Shown: positions 26,886 to 35,838 of the stretch, piece by piece
How positions within the stretch are numbered: the first letter of the stretch is position 1
How the letters are laid out: each line of letters opens with the position of its first letter
Virus record (IMG/VR): IMGVR_UViG_3300025634_000002
Span: 6,973 to 70,972 of that record
Origin: a virus
Reading direction: 5' to 3' (one strand)
Length of the DNA stretch: 64,000 bases
Notes under the pieces: generated by a model
Databases searched by the model: none
Told to the model about the DNA's origin: nothing
What the model saw: the letters and a program-made list of their open reading frames with translations, nothing else
Translations under genes and position numbers: made by a program

Positions 26886-27137
26886 TCATCCCTCCGCGTC
26901 GTTTTCGGAGGCGACACGCTTGACCAAAATGTTGATATCGAGCGAGCGGTATTGCTCGTTGATCCATGTTTCGATACGAGGCTTAAGGGCCGCAACGGCC
27001 TGATCGACAGCATTGTCCACCATAGCTTCGGCCTGCTTCATCAGCGGCTCTTTGAGCCCTAGCCTGACTTGGTTTTCCAGTGCGTCGCGAACGAGCCTTA
27101 CGAACGCTTCGCCGGGAATCTGAATTACGGAAGCCAT
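26886..27137 (-). CDS. hypothetical protein
   Basis: Start trimmed to MASVIQIP. Confidence 0.5.
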   Translation of the reverse strand: MASVIQIPGEAFVRLVRDALENQVRLGLKEPLMKQAEAMVDNAVDQAVAALKPRIETWINEQYRSLDINILVKRVASENDAEG

Positions 27138-27141
27138 TCCC

Positions 27142-27345
27142 TCATCCCTCCTTGTGGCGCTTGCGAATTGGTTCGTAGGACGTGATGCGCTTGAGGCCGA
27201 GGGCCTTGAGCAATGAATCTGGCGGCTCGCGAAGGCCATTGACCACGCGGCTGATGACGGACTGCTCGATGCCGTGTTGCTTGCCCCATAGGATTTGGGG
27301 TTTCGCCGTGGCCTTGATATGCTGGCGCAGTTCTTCTTCGGTCAT
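27142..27345 (-). CDS. Cro-like HTH protein
   Basis: Q..WGKQHGIEQSVISRVVNGLREP...LKALGL. Confidence 0.7.
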   Translation of the reverse strand: MTEEELRQHIKATAKPQILWGKQHGIEQSVISRVVNGLREPPDSLLKALGLKRITSYEPIRKRHKEG

Positions 27346-27352
27346 AGCAACC

Positions 27353-27718
27353 TCAGCTAACCAAGAAGGCTTTGAACCGTGACCACCACGACGGTTGGGT
27401 GCTGGCGATTGCGCGAGCAGTTGCCTTGTCGGCAGCTTTCCGATGCATTTCCTTGGCGAGAGTGGTCAGTTCGGGAGTGTCCTGATCTGGGGATGGAAGC
27501 GCCGTGCGTAGATTGCCGCCATAGTAATCGGAATCCGCATACCAGAGACCGCTCTTTTTATCCAAAGTGCAGTGCTGATATTTTCCATAAACCTGCGCAC
27601 TGATGTCGGTCGTCTGAAAACTCATTCCATCCATTTCACGAGGAAGTAGGATGCCAATCGAGATTGAGGTAGACTCGCCGGGCATCAGGGCCATTCCAGG
27701 ACGATAGGGTTTGTTCAT
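27353..27718 (-). CDS. hypothetical protein (moron-like, own promoter)
   Basis: MNKPYRPG; RBS GGGAG; upstream TTGACG...GCTAAAT. Confidence 0.5.
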   Translation of the reverse strand: MNKPYRPGMALMPGESTSISIGILLPREMDGMSFQTTDISAQVYGKYQHCTLDKKSGLWYADSDYYGGNLRTALPSPDQDTPELTTLAKEMHRKAADKATARAIASTQPSWWSRFKAFLVS

Positions 27719-27791
27719 TCGTGTCTCCCGTTTCGATGCCCTAGATTTAGCGAACCGTTCGGCAGCCGTCAATGCCCGATTGCACATATTT

Positions 27792-28352
27792 TCATGTTGA
27801 CATTCCGGCGCTGGCAACATCGCTGGAAACGCGGACCAGACGCTCCATGAGGCCCATCGGCTTGATCGTAGGATGCAGTTGGCTATCGCCTGAAGCAGGC
27901 CCGACGTAAAACCTAGACTTGTCCGCATAGCCCCCGCCGATTCGGACGCCCTTCCAAAAGTGGAAAATATATTCCGTGTCCGGGAGGTAATTGGCACCGC
28001 AGAGCGGAGTCGGATTCGTCTTGTTGAACGTCGAAAGGTTCCAGCGAAAATCGTTCGCCTCGGCAAATTCGATCATGCGCTTAATTTGCGCCTTGGCACA
28101 GAAGGCGATGATCGAAGGCGCTACGCCCAGCAATAGCTCAGGATCGAATCCTTTATGGAGCCCGGCTGCGTAGATGTCCTTATAAACCTGACGACGACCG
28201 CCGATGCCGCCTCCCATCGGGACGAAATCGTAGGGCGGATCAGTCACTACCGCGTCGAACTTTCCTAGCGTCGGCAGGATCTCTAGGCAATCACCCAGCC
28301 ACACCTCTACGCCTTCCGCCAGCACCTCTTTGCGTGGTTCATTCATCTTCAT
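27792..28352 (-). pseudogene. C-terminally truncated N4/N6 DNA methyltransferase (beta class)
   Basis: LGDCLEIL, VVTDPPY and HPTIKP present; stop precedes the expected DPFxGSGTT SAM-binding motif. Confidence 0.7.
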
Positions 28353-28554
28353 ATCCTACGCTATAGCTGAGCTTCTTGGCGAGGTCGCGCGACACAGGCC
28401 ACGATCCTTCGATGGTCAGGAAATCCCCAGGGAACATCTCTTCGGCTCGGGGAAGTGGTTTGGTCTCAGGCTTTGGGGTTTTAACGAGACGAGCGAGCTG
28501 GGAGTCGATGAAGGCTCTACGGTCAGGGGAGTCTTCGTTGATGAAGTCGATCAC
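28339..28554 (-). CDS. hypothetical protein
   Basis: GTG start overlapping the previous stop (VIDFINED). Confidence 0.45.
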   Translation of the reverse strand: MIDFINEDSPDRRAFIDSQLARLVKTPKPETKPLPRAEEMFPGDFLTIEGSWPVSRDLAKKLSYSVGYEDE

Positions 28555-29216
28555 AGCAGTTCCCCTTGGCGGGCGTCTTTCCGATCCAGCATCCGAAGCA
28601 CTGTCTCGCCGCGGTGCTTCTTGTCCCAGACGAACCAGCCGTTGAGCATCGGCGGAGCACCTTGGCCGGTGAAGTCGATCTTCCAGCGCATGAGGTACAC
28701 GCGAGCCGGAGGATGGGCCGCGTAGAACGGTCCTAGGCCACCAGCGCCGGGCCAGCCCCAGTTCATCAGGAGCGCCATGTAGTCGACGTCCAGCGCCTCG
28801 AGGGCGTGCTTGAGCCAGCGAGCTTTGCCATTGCCCCAGCCGCATTCCGAGAACGGCGGGTTCGTTACGATTGCTCGAGCTGGCGCGGCCTCCCAATCAT
28901 AGAACGACCGAATGGTCGCGCCGAATCCCCGGTCGACCAGATCCGAGATGACGACGTCGAATCCCAGCGCTGACATTTCGCGGGCCATCGCGCCGTCGCC
29001 AACCGCCGGTTCCCAGATTGTGTGGAAGTCACGCAGGCGTTCTAGTTCGGCATGCAGTAGCGCCCGAGTCGGCTCTGGCGGTGTCGGGTAAAAGTCGTCG
29101 CCTTCGCGCTCCAAGCCACCGTCGACTCGCGCCAGCGTGCCATCGAAAAGCATCTGCACGACGGGCTTCGATTTCTTGCCGGTTGCCCGAAACAATCCTC
29201 GCGCGGAAGCGGTCAT
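28551..29216 (-). CDS. small phage DNA N6-adenine methyltransferase-like protein
   Basis: DDFYPTP, IWEPAVGDG, IVTNPPFS. Confidence 0.75.
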   Translation of the reverse strand: MTASARGLFRATGKKSKPVVQMLFDGTLARVDGGLEREGDDFYPTPPEPTRALLHAELERLRDFHTIWEPAVGDGAMAREMSALGFDVVISDLVDRGFGATIRSFYDWEAAPARAIVTNPPFSECGWGNGKARWLKHALEALDVDYMALLMNWGWPGAGGLGPFYAAHPPARVYLMRWKIDFTGQGAPPMLNGWFVWDKKHRGETVLRMLDRKDARQGELL

Positions 29217-29704
29217 TCCCCACCCATCTTCCGCAGCCGGGCGAGTGGGGATGCGTTGAGCCTGTCGATCACCGATTGCGGGGTCTTGCCGGTCTTGACG
29301 GCGAAATCCTGTTCGGTGTTGGTCCAGTCGCGAACGTCGGTTCTGCGGCCGTCGACCTCGAGATAGGTGATGCCGGCTGGCTCCATGCCTGCGGGCGGCA
29401 GTTCGCCTTGGCGGTAGGCGGTGAGCTTCGCCATCTCCTTGCGGGCGTCGTGGTCGGCCACTAGGCGATCGTAGCGGCGCGTGTTGACGGCCAGTTCTAC
29501 CGGCGTGGGCATGAACTCGTTGTTCCGCGGCACGAGGCCGTCGCGCAGCTCCTTGCACGATTGCTGCACGGCTTCGAGGCTCATGTCCTCGACGGCGTCC
29601 ATGTAGACGTCGAGCTGGCTTTCAGTGAGTCGCTCGGCTTGTGATCCGAAGAACTTCAACATCCTTAGGATCGCCGTGTGCTTCGCGTCCGAATCCATAC
29701 TCAT
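29213..29704 (-). CDS. putative replication protein (helicase loader/P-like)
   Basis: Y..AVED.SLEAV..SC...FMPTPVEL; follows the initiator-like gene. Confidence 0.55.
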   Translation of the reverse strand: MSMDSDAKHTAILRMLKFFGSQAERLTESQLDVYMDAVEDMSLEAVQQSCKELRDGLVPRNNEFMPTPVELAVNTRRYDRLVADHDARKEMAKLTAYRQGELPPAGMEPAGITYLEVDGRRTDVRDWTNTEQDFAVKTGKTPQSVIDRLNASPLARLRKMGGE

Positions 29705-30008
29705 TTTCGATCTTCTCCTTGAGTTGATGCATCCGCGCATCGATCGGTGACATCGGCTTGCCGTTGACCCGTGGCGCGCTGGGCGGCTCGACCGGCCACA
29801 CATCGGTCCAGCCTTTTAGGATGGCCTGCTCGACGGCGGCAACGGGGTCTGGGAAGGTGCGGAGCTTCTTGGCCATCAACTGGCCGGCGAATTGCGTCAT
29901 GGGTTTCTTGAGGGCCTTGCGGTGCGCTACGAAATGAGCGGCGAGGTCAGGGCCGAGGATTTGGGCGAGCTCGTCGGCGGCTGTGAATAGGTCAGAGCCC
30001 TTAGCCAT
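29622..30008 (-). CDS. replication initiator C-terminal-domain-only protein
   Basis: FVAHRKALKKPMT...KKL...P...VEQAILKGW resembles the C-terminal domain of phage O-like initiators. Confidence 0.6.
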   Translation of the reverse strand: MAKGSDLFTAADELAQILGPDLAAHFVAHRKALKKPMTQFAGQLMAKKLRTFPDPVAAVEQAILKGWTDVWPVEPPSAPRVNGKPMSPIDARMHQLKEKIENEYGFGREAHGDPKDVEVLRITSRATH

Positions 30009-30442
30009 CAGAAATCGCCCGGCGCTACTTGTGCGCAGACAATCCCGTTGGCGCGCCACATGGCCACGACGCTGGCTCGATCATCAAAGACGAGGTCGGG
30101 CTTCGGGTTCGAGTCGTGCAGCCATTGCGCCTTGAGGTCGTGGTCAGGCGTATGATCGCCTTCCGCTCGCATGCGTCTCGGAAGAATGTGGAGGTTGTGT
30201 CGTCGCAGCCATTCCTCAGTCTTGGCGTTCACCTCGGCCGAGCGGCCAGACCAGATTTCCACTCGATCACCGGCTGAATTGAAGGCGAGTGCGGCGCCAA
30301 TCAGCGGCAGATTCGGAACATCGAGGTCGCAGGCTGCAAAGAACGCGCGCCAGTCTTTCGGCTTTCCGTCTGTGCGCTGCACGAAATGCTGCCGATGCTC
30401 ATTGAGCGCCAACGTTCCGTCGAGATCGAAAACCACAAACAT
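30008..30442 (-). CDS. HAD phosphatase (Pnkp 3'-phosphatase-like)
   Basis: VFDLDGTLA, WSGR, MRAEGDHTPD..LK, VFDDR..VV.MWR.NG..C.QVA.GDF. Confidence 0.85.
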   Translation of the reverse strand: MFVVFDLDGTLALNEHRQHFVQRTDGKPKDWRAFFAACDLDVPNLPLIGAALAFNSAGDRVEIWSGRSAEVNAKTEEWLRRHNLHILPRRMRAEGDHTPDHDLKAQWLHDSNPKPDLVFDDRASVVAMWRANGIVCAQVAPGDF

Positions 30443-30803
30443 CGTTATCTCCTTTGCGCCTCGCGCGCGGCCTTAGTTCACTGGAATAGCAGTCCCTTGC
30501 GTCCTCCTGATCGTCACCTCCCGGCAGCGGTCAACGCAAGGTCGGAGCACACTTTCAACACCGGTATAGCCGCGATGCCCGTCATGGTGGGCCAGTCCGA
30601 AGCGTCAGTCGTATCGCGGTTGCGGTCATAGCCATGTGGAGCATTTGACCGGCCCAAGGGCTCCCGAATCTCGGGATGAAAAAAGCCCCGGTGTACTCGG
30701 CCATTGTGAGGATGCCGAAGGGTCCGTTCGTCCGGTCCTCGGTTTGTGGGCTGGCGAGCAGCCGAACACAGCCGATTTCCTTAGAGGAACCTCGCGACCG
30801 TGC

Positions 30804-30920
30804 TTGCATTTGAATGGGGAGGCGGGCATATAGGGCTTGCCCAACCGCCGAACATTCGCTGGCTGCACAGCGTCTAGTTCGTAAAACCGTCCCGTTGCTC
30901 ACCGCTTCGGGACGGTTTTC
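30804..30920 (+). ncRNA. candidate ~80-nt antisense RNA with its promoter and terminator
   Basis: TTGCAT(30804)-N17-CATATA(30827); ends in 12-bp hairpin AAAACCGTCCCG/CGGGACGGTTTT (30883-30919). Confidence 0.5.
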
Positions 30921-30949
30921 ATTTGGGCCCAGATTGGCCGCATCGTCAA
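30921..30949 (-). promoter_or_regulatory. promoter for long leader and replication operon
   Basis: TTGACG-N17-CCAAAT on the minus strand. Confidence 0.45.
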
Positions 30950-30977
30950 TACCACCGGTAGGGGCCGGACGATCTAC

Positions 30978-31676
30978 CTATGGTAGTCCAGCCTCGGACC
31001 GCTTCTGCGCCGCCAGCGCTGTCTGGCTCAGCGGCACCTCATCAGCCACAGACCCCATCCCGGTCTTGCCGGTGAGACCTTGGCCGTCCTTGATGCTGTC
31101 GATCGCTCCGTCGAGAATCGCAGCGCCCTCGGCCTGCTCGTCGTCGAGAGCGCCAGGCGCCGCGGCAGCCGCGGCAGCCGCGGCAGACAGTTCGGCCTTG
31201 GTCGGCTTGGCCTTCTTGGCGCTTGACGCCTTGGGCTTCGATCGCGGGTTGCTGTCGGCGGCGATGCGGCGCTCTTGCGCTTCGGGCGTCTCTCCACCAG
31301 CCGCAGCGGCAGCTTTGGCATCGGCCTCCTTCTTGCGAGCCGCACGCTTCTCCTGGCGCTCGACATCATCCGGGAACAGGTCAGCGACCTTGCCGGCCAG
31401 CGCCTTGAACATCCTGCGCACGCCGCGCTGGTGGAGTTTCAAATCCGCTGAGTCCATCACGCGGAGCATTCCAACCGCCTGCTGGAAAGCCTTTGGCGGA
31501 ATGCCGATCTTGTCGGCGTTGGCGCGAATCGAGGCGCGCTCATCGTTCTCAGCCTTGGACCGGCGCAGGCTTCCTGCATACTGATCCGCGAGTTTGACGA
31601 TGGTCGCGTCAAGCTTCATGTCGTCGCTCATGTTCGAACCGTCGAACATTTCCTCGGTGTCGTCATCGTCAGCCAT
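30978..31676 (-). CDS. GapR/DUF2312-like DNA-binding protein with low-complexity tail
   Basis: ERASIRANADKIGIPPKAFQQAV resembles the DUF2312 core; Ala/Lys-rich tail. Confidence 0.45.
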   Translation of the reverse strand: MADDDDTEEMFDGSNMSDDMKLDATIVKLADQYAGSLRRSKAENDERASIRANADKIGIPPKAFQQAVGMLRVMDSADLKLHQRGVRRMFKALAGKVADLFPDDVERQEKRAARKKEADAKAAAAAGGETPEAQERRIAADSNPRSKPKASSAKKAKPTKAELSAAAAAAAAAPGALDDEQAEGAAILDGAIDSIKDGQGLTGKTGMGSVADEVPLSQTALAAQKRSEAGLP

Positions 31677-31723
31677 GTGGGCTCCTTTGGGTTTTCGTAA
31701 ATCGCACTATTTTATTCCTGATT

Positions 31724-32104
31724 TTATTCCGGCAGGCAGCCCCACGCCGTGAGGATCGAGACTGCTTGATCGATGCCGTAGGCCACGGCATGCTCTACGC
31801 CGAGAAATGCACACTTCTCGGCAAACTCGTTCTGGGCGTTGTCGACCGTGCCGCCTTTGCGCTTGAGCTCCAAGAAGGCTGGGGAGCCGTCCGCGAGGAT
31901 GAAGCACAGGTCAGGCACGCCGCGTAGCACGCCCATCGCCTTGAGCTTGCCACCGGTCGCCTTGCCACGCTTGCCGCCGTTGGGGCAGTGATAGAAGATG
32001 ATCTCGGGGGGCGCCTGTAGGCGCAGCCGCTCGACCAAGGCGCATTGGATCTGCTCCTCCTCGGTCTTGCGCTGCTTGAGGCCTAGGGCTTCGTGGTAGG
32101 TCAT
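31724..32104 (-). CDS. VRR-NUC domain nuclease
   Basis: EEQIQ, HCPNGG.R, KAMGVLRGVPDL, FLELKRKGG...Q. Confidence 0.85.
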   Translation of the reverse strand: MTYHEALGLKQRKTEEEQIQCALVERLRLQAPPEIIFYHCPNGGKRGKATGGKLKAMGVLRGVPDLCFILADGSPAFLELKRKGGTVDNAQNEFAEKCAFLGVEHAVAYGIDQAVSILTAWGCLPE

Positions 32105-32484
32105 AGGGGAATCCAGCCGATCATAAACTCGTCGCCACCGAGCACGCCAAGCGCCGAGTTCCAGAAACCGTGATGCGCAGACCACTGTTTCCAGTATCCG
32201 ATGACCACCGGATGCTTAAGGTTCGGATGGGGTTTGCGATAGAGCCGTAGGTGTGATCCGTCCCGAGGCGCCTCATACATGGGGCGCAAGTCAGACGGAT
32301 AGGTCGGCGCCGCGACATAGCGCGAGACCGTCTTAGTCGGATACTCCCAAGGCGGGACGTCCATGTTCGCGGGGCCAGGAACAGAGCGGTCGCCGCGGCG
32401 CCAGCGTTCAAGCTCTAGTCGCCGCTGATGCTGAGCCTCGCCAGTGATGTTGAAGGTGCCAGCGGTGAAGCGGTCCTCGTTCAT
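32101..32484 (-). CDS. hypothetical protein (DUF551-like C-terminus)
   Basis: RPMYEAPRDG...GWIPL. Confidence 0.55.
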   Translation of the reverse strand: MNEDRFTAGTFNITGEAQHQRRLELERWRRGDRSVPGPANMDVPPWEYPTKTVSRYVAAPTYPSDLRPMYEAPRDGSHLRLYRKPHPNLKHPVVIGYWKQWSAHHGFWNSALGVLGGDEFMIGWIPL

Positions 32485-32786
32485 TCTTTAAGCCTCACAG
32501 GGACATCGAGACGGGCACAGACATTTACGAGGGCGATGATCTGGCAGCCAGTCGGTAGGTTGTTGGCCTTCGCCGAGTTACAGTCGTAGTGGGTCGCGGT
32601 CAGGTTTCCGAGGCCGTTGTAGCCGCCTTCGCACTGCGGCCAGACGTGATCGATGTTGCGGTCGCCTTCCCTCATCGGCTGGCCACAAATTGCGCAGAAA
32701 TAGTCCTGCTCACGCGCCAGTAGTCGGCGCATGGCAACCCATCGTCGCTGGCGGTCCAGATAGGTCCACGGAACCCAAGGGCGCAT
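32481..32786 (-). CDS. HNH endonuclease
   Basis: CAICG...IDHVWP...GG...NL...HYDCNSAK. Confidence 0.85.
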   Translation of the reverse strand: MRPWVPWTYLDRQRRWVAMRRLLAREQDYFCAICGQPMREGDRNIDHVWPQCEGGYNGLGNLTATHYDCNSAKANNLPTGCQIIALVNVCARLDVPVRLKE

Positions 32787-32787
32787 G

Positions 32788-33210
32788 TCATGCTCGCGCC
32801 TTGGCCTTTTTCGCGCGGGCGGCGAGTGCCTCTTCGATCAGGACTTCTATTTCGCCACGGACCTTGCGGTGATCAAGTTTAGCCGCCGCGGTGATAGTGG
32901 CGAAAAATTCCTCCGTAACCCAGATCATGATCTTCCCTTTTTTCTTGGGCCTCACCAGTGCGAAGGGCGAACCTTCTTGCATCATGGCAAAAACAACCTC
33001 GTGCGGCTGAAACCACTCACGCCGAATGCGATACTGACGCAGCAGTAAATGCAGGGCATGTTCGTCATCCTCTGTGCCCTCAATGACCGCTAAAATAGCT
33101 AGCTGGGACGGCGACATTGATTGAAGCGAGGATAGCCTCAGACGAGGATCGCTGCCTGTGTAGCCGATCTTTATTGGCCCACCCTCTCCTGCTTGGATGA
33201 AATAGATCAC
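32788..33210 (-). CDS. GIY-YIG (T5orf172-like) protein
   Basis: MIYFIQAG..GPIKIGYT...RL..LQ...E..LH...REWF. Confidence 0.85.
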   Translation of the reverse strand: MIYFIQAGEGGPIKIGYTGSDPRLRLSSLQSMSPSQLAILAVIEGTEDDEHALHLLLRQYRIRREWFQPHEVVFAMMQEGSPFALVRPKKKGKIMIWVTEEFFATITAAAKLDHRKVRGEIEVLIEEALAARAKKAKARA

Positions 33211-33383
33211 GACGCCCTCGACTTATCCTCGTCGAGCCCGCGCCTGATTAGGACCGCCATCATCTGGGTCCAACCGATACCGGCGCGCTTGGCAGCGACC
33301 TTGAGTTCATCGGCCGTCTCCCGAGGCAGCGTGATTGTGGTCGTCACCTTGTCTGGGGCTATGTATTTCACGTCCGATGTCAT
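33207..33383 (-). CDS. ribbon-helix-helix regulator (58 aa, not in ORF track)
   Basis: MTSDVKYIAPDKVTTTITLPRETADELKVAAKRAGIGWTQMMAVLIRRGL; first gene of the leftward operon. Confidence 0.7.
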   Translation of the reverse strand: MTSDVKYIAPDKVTTTITLPRETADELKVAAKRAGIGWTQMMAVLIRRGLDEDKSRAS

Positions 33384-33394
33384 TCGCGATACCT

Positions 33395-33435
33395 ATGCAA
33401 TGGCTATTGACAAGCCATATCTACATGACCACTAT
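33395..33435. promoter_or_regulatory. divergent promoter region with palindromic operator
   Basis: TTGACA(33407)-N17-CACTAT rightward; ATGGCT-N7-AGCCAT inverted repeat brackets the -35. Confidence 0.6.
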
Positions 33436-33477
33436 GTGATTTGCAAGCCGACGTTCACAGCAATCGGGAGAGACCAA

Positions 33478-33672
33478 ATGGCGGACAAGGACAGCTTCGC
33501 GGATTGGGAACGCAAGGTCCGTGCGATGCTGCCATGCCCCGATAGTTTTGACGTGCAGGAAGCCATCGCCACGTGCGGCCTCGATAATCCGATCGAGCGC
33601 CTAAAGCTGCTCATCGAATTGACCGTAGCCCACGACGAAGCAAGCGCTTCCGGCGCTTTCAACGACGAATAA
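33478..33672 (+). CDS. hypothetical protein
   Basis: RBS GGGAG; MADKDSF. Confidence 0.55.
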   Translation: MADKDSFADWERKVRAMLPCPDSFDVQEAIATCGLDNPIERLKLLIELTVAHDEASASGAFNDE

Positions 33673-33684
33673 CAGGAGAACCGA

Positions 33685-33981
33685 ATGCCCCCCTTCATCC
33701 TCAGCGCCGCCGACATCCGCGCCGCGCTCAACCTCACCTCGACCGAGTTTGATCCGCTGATCGATACCGGCATTGCCACGGTCGGGATCGACCTTGAATG
33801 CCGCTACAACCGCTCGCTGCGGGTCGGTGAGGCGCCGGATGGGTCACGGGACTTCTTCCTCTCCCGTGTCGTCGCGTGGGCCAAGGATCAGCCCGACATC
33901 ATGCTCGCCGCCGTGCGCGAGGCTGGCGTGCGCGCTGACGGGGCAATCGCTGATCTGGCGAAGCCGCTGGTGACAGCGTGA
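33685..33981 (+). CDS. hypothetical protein
   Basis: RBS AGGAG. Confidence 0.6.
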   Translation: MPPFILSAADIRAALNLTSTEFDPLIDTGIATVGIDLECRYNRSLRVGEAPDGSRDFFLSRVVAWAKDQPDIMLAAVREAGVRADGAIADLAKPLVTA

Positions 33982-34193
33982 GCGAGCTTCCTGCCTCCGT
34001 GCGCGATCGTCAACTCGCTTCGATCACCGATGCGGGACGCGCCCTCGGATTGATGGAGGCCGTCGTCGAAGTTATGCGCCTCGCCAGTCAATTTCAGGAC
34101 AGCGGAAATCGGGAAGCCTACGCCGCAACTCGCGCGCTCGCTGAACGGCTGAAATCGCGCTCTGACGAAATCGAAAAGGAACTCGCGCCGTGA
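33978..34193 (+). CDS. hypothetical protein
   Basis: Coupled ORF. Confidence 0.5.
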   Translation: MSELPASVRDRQLASITDAGRALGLMEAVVEVMRLASQFQDSGNREAYAATRALAERLKSRSDEIEKELAP

Positions 34194-35305
34194 ACGACCA
34201 ACTCACCAAGACCAACGCCATGCCGGTCAATCACGCCTACGACCTCTGGCATGCTGAGCAGAAAACTCCGACGCCCGAGGAACGGCGCGCCGACCGGACG
34301 ACCGAAGCTGCGGAAATGTCGGGCTTCTGGCGCATGCATGGCGCGCGTACGAAGACCGATTGGCCGGTCGCCATCTGGAACGGCGAGGGCCAAGACGAAA
34401 CCATCTTCCAGATCGGCCGCAAGGTCCGCAACACCGCCGAGCACCGGGACGAGTGGGACGATTTCGTTGCCTCGTCATGGCTGCATTGCACCGCCGTGAC
34501 CGAGCGCGAATACCACGACGCGATGGGGACTGGCTTTTGGGTCGACCTGAAACCGGCGCGGCAGATGACCGAGGAAGAAAAGCTCGGGATAGATACCTCG
34601 ACGGGCGGCAACAATCCGCCGATCGACGAGTCGCTGGCCGACCAGATCGCGTCGCTCGTCGACAAGGCCAAGGCCACACCTGAGCCCAAGACCCAGGACG
34701 AGGCGAACGCGGCGACTGCCATCCTCGACAAGCTGCGCGCGCTGCTCAAGCGCGCCGAGGCTGAGCGGGTCACGGAGAAAGAGCCATTTTTGCAGGGTAG
34801 CCGCGAGGTCGACGCCAAATGGGGAGCCATCGCCAACCCCGGCAAGGAAGCCGGCGTGGATCTCGACAACCGGCGCAAGGCGTATCTGCGCAAGGAACAG
34901 GCGCGGCTCGACGCCGAGGCTGCAGCCGAGCGTAAGCGTCAGCAGGATTTGGTCGACGCCGAGAATGAGCGCATCCGCAAGGAAAACGAGGCGCGTCTGG
35001 CCGCTGCGCAGGATCACGGCAATTACGATCCTACGGACCCCACGGACGAACCGCCTGAGCTTCTGCCCGAGGTCGCGGCACCTGTCATCGCGGCTCCCCG
35101 CGCTACCGCCAGCAGTGCCTACGGTCGAGCGAGCGGCCTCAAGACGGTGAAGGTCGCCGTGGTCGATGATCCGACCAAACTGGCCTCGCACTTCATCGAG
35201 GCCAAGGATGTCGATTTTGCCGATTACCTCCAGAAACGAGCGGCGGCGGCTCTGCGTGGAAAGGTCACGCTGCCGGGCTGCTCCAGCAAGGATGAACTGC
35301 AATGA
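34190..35305 (+). CDS. coiled-coil protein of recombination module
   Basis: GGNNPP, AEAERVTEKEPFL...REVDAKW, TLPG C-terminus; upstream of RecT. Confidence 0.65.
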   Translation: MNDQLTKTNAMPVNHAYDLWHAEQKTPTPEERRADRTTEAAEMSGFWRMHGARTKTDWPVAIWNGEGQDETIFQIGRKVRNTAEHRDEWDDFVASSWLHCTAVTEREYHDAMGTGFWVDLKPARQMTEEEKLGIDTSTGGNNPPIDESLADQIASLVDKAKATPEPKTQDEANAATAILDKLRALLKRAEAERVTEKEPFLQGSREVDAKWGAIANPGKEAGVDLDNRRKAYLRKEQARLDAEAAAERKRQQDLVDAENERIRKENEARLAAAQDHGNYDPTDPTDEPPELLPEVAAPVIAAPRATASSAYGRASGLKTVKVAVVDDPTKLASHFIEAKDVDFADYLQKRAAAALRGKVTLPGCSSKDELQ

Positions 35306-35838
35306 GCGAGGACTGGAAGTCGATCGACGGTTTTCCTGGCTATCAGGTCTCTAGCCTCGGCCGAGTCCAGTCGTTCAAGAATGGCGACATCTTCGGGAAA
35401 CTCCTGACGCCGAGTCGGGGAAGCAAATCCAGACGCGCAATCGTCACCCTCTATCGGAACGGCAAGAAGCAATACCGCCTCGTCGCTAGGCTCGTGTGCG
35501 AAGCCTTCCACGGCTCCCCTCTGACGGGCCAGCAAGCGGCGCATCGAAATGGCAACCGACTGGAAGACACTCGAGAAAATTTGCGCTGGCGGACGCCTAA
35601 GCAGAACAGTGCTGAACGAGACGACCACGGCACGACTGCTCGGGGCGAGCGCCACTACGCGGCCATCCTGACGGATGATCAGGTTCGGCAAATCCGCGAG
35701 GCCTACTCCGCCCGAAAGAGCACCGGGACGGTCTACGGGTTCATCACGAAAACTGCGGCCCGATACAACGTTAAAATCTCGTGCGTCGAAGACATCGTCT
35801 ACGGGCGCTCGTGGAAGCATCTCAAGGAGCAAGCATGA
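35302..35838 (+). CDS. NUMOD4-HNH homing endonuclease
   Basis: EDWKSIDGFPGYQVSSLGRVQS; VARLVCEAFHG; HRNGNRLED..ENLRW. Confidence 0.9.
   Translation: MSEDWKSIDGFPGYQVSSLGRVQSFKNGDIFGKLLTPSRGSKSRRAIVTLYRNGKKQYRLVARLVCEAFHGSPLTGQQAAHRNGNRLEDTRENLRWRTPKQNSAERDDHGTTARGERHYAAILTDDQVRQIREAYSARKSTGTVYGFITKTAARYNVKISCVEDIVYGRSWKHLKEQA

Noticed and set aside
30582-30902. ORFs of 65-106 aa in the replication leader
   Set aside because: No RBS or motifs, mutually overlapping, and they lie across dense inverted repeats better explained as RNA structure
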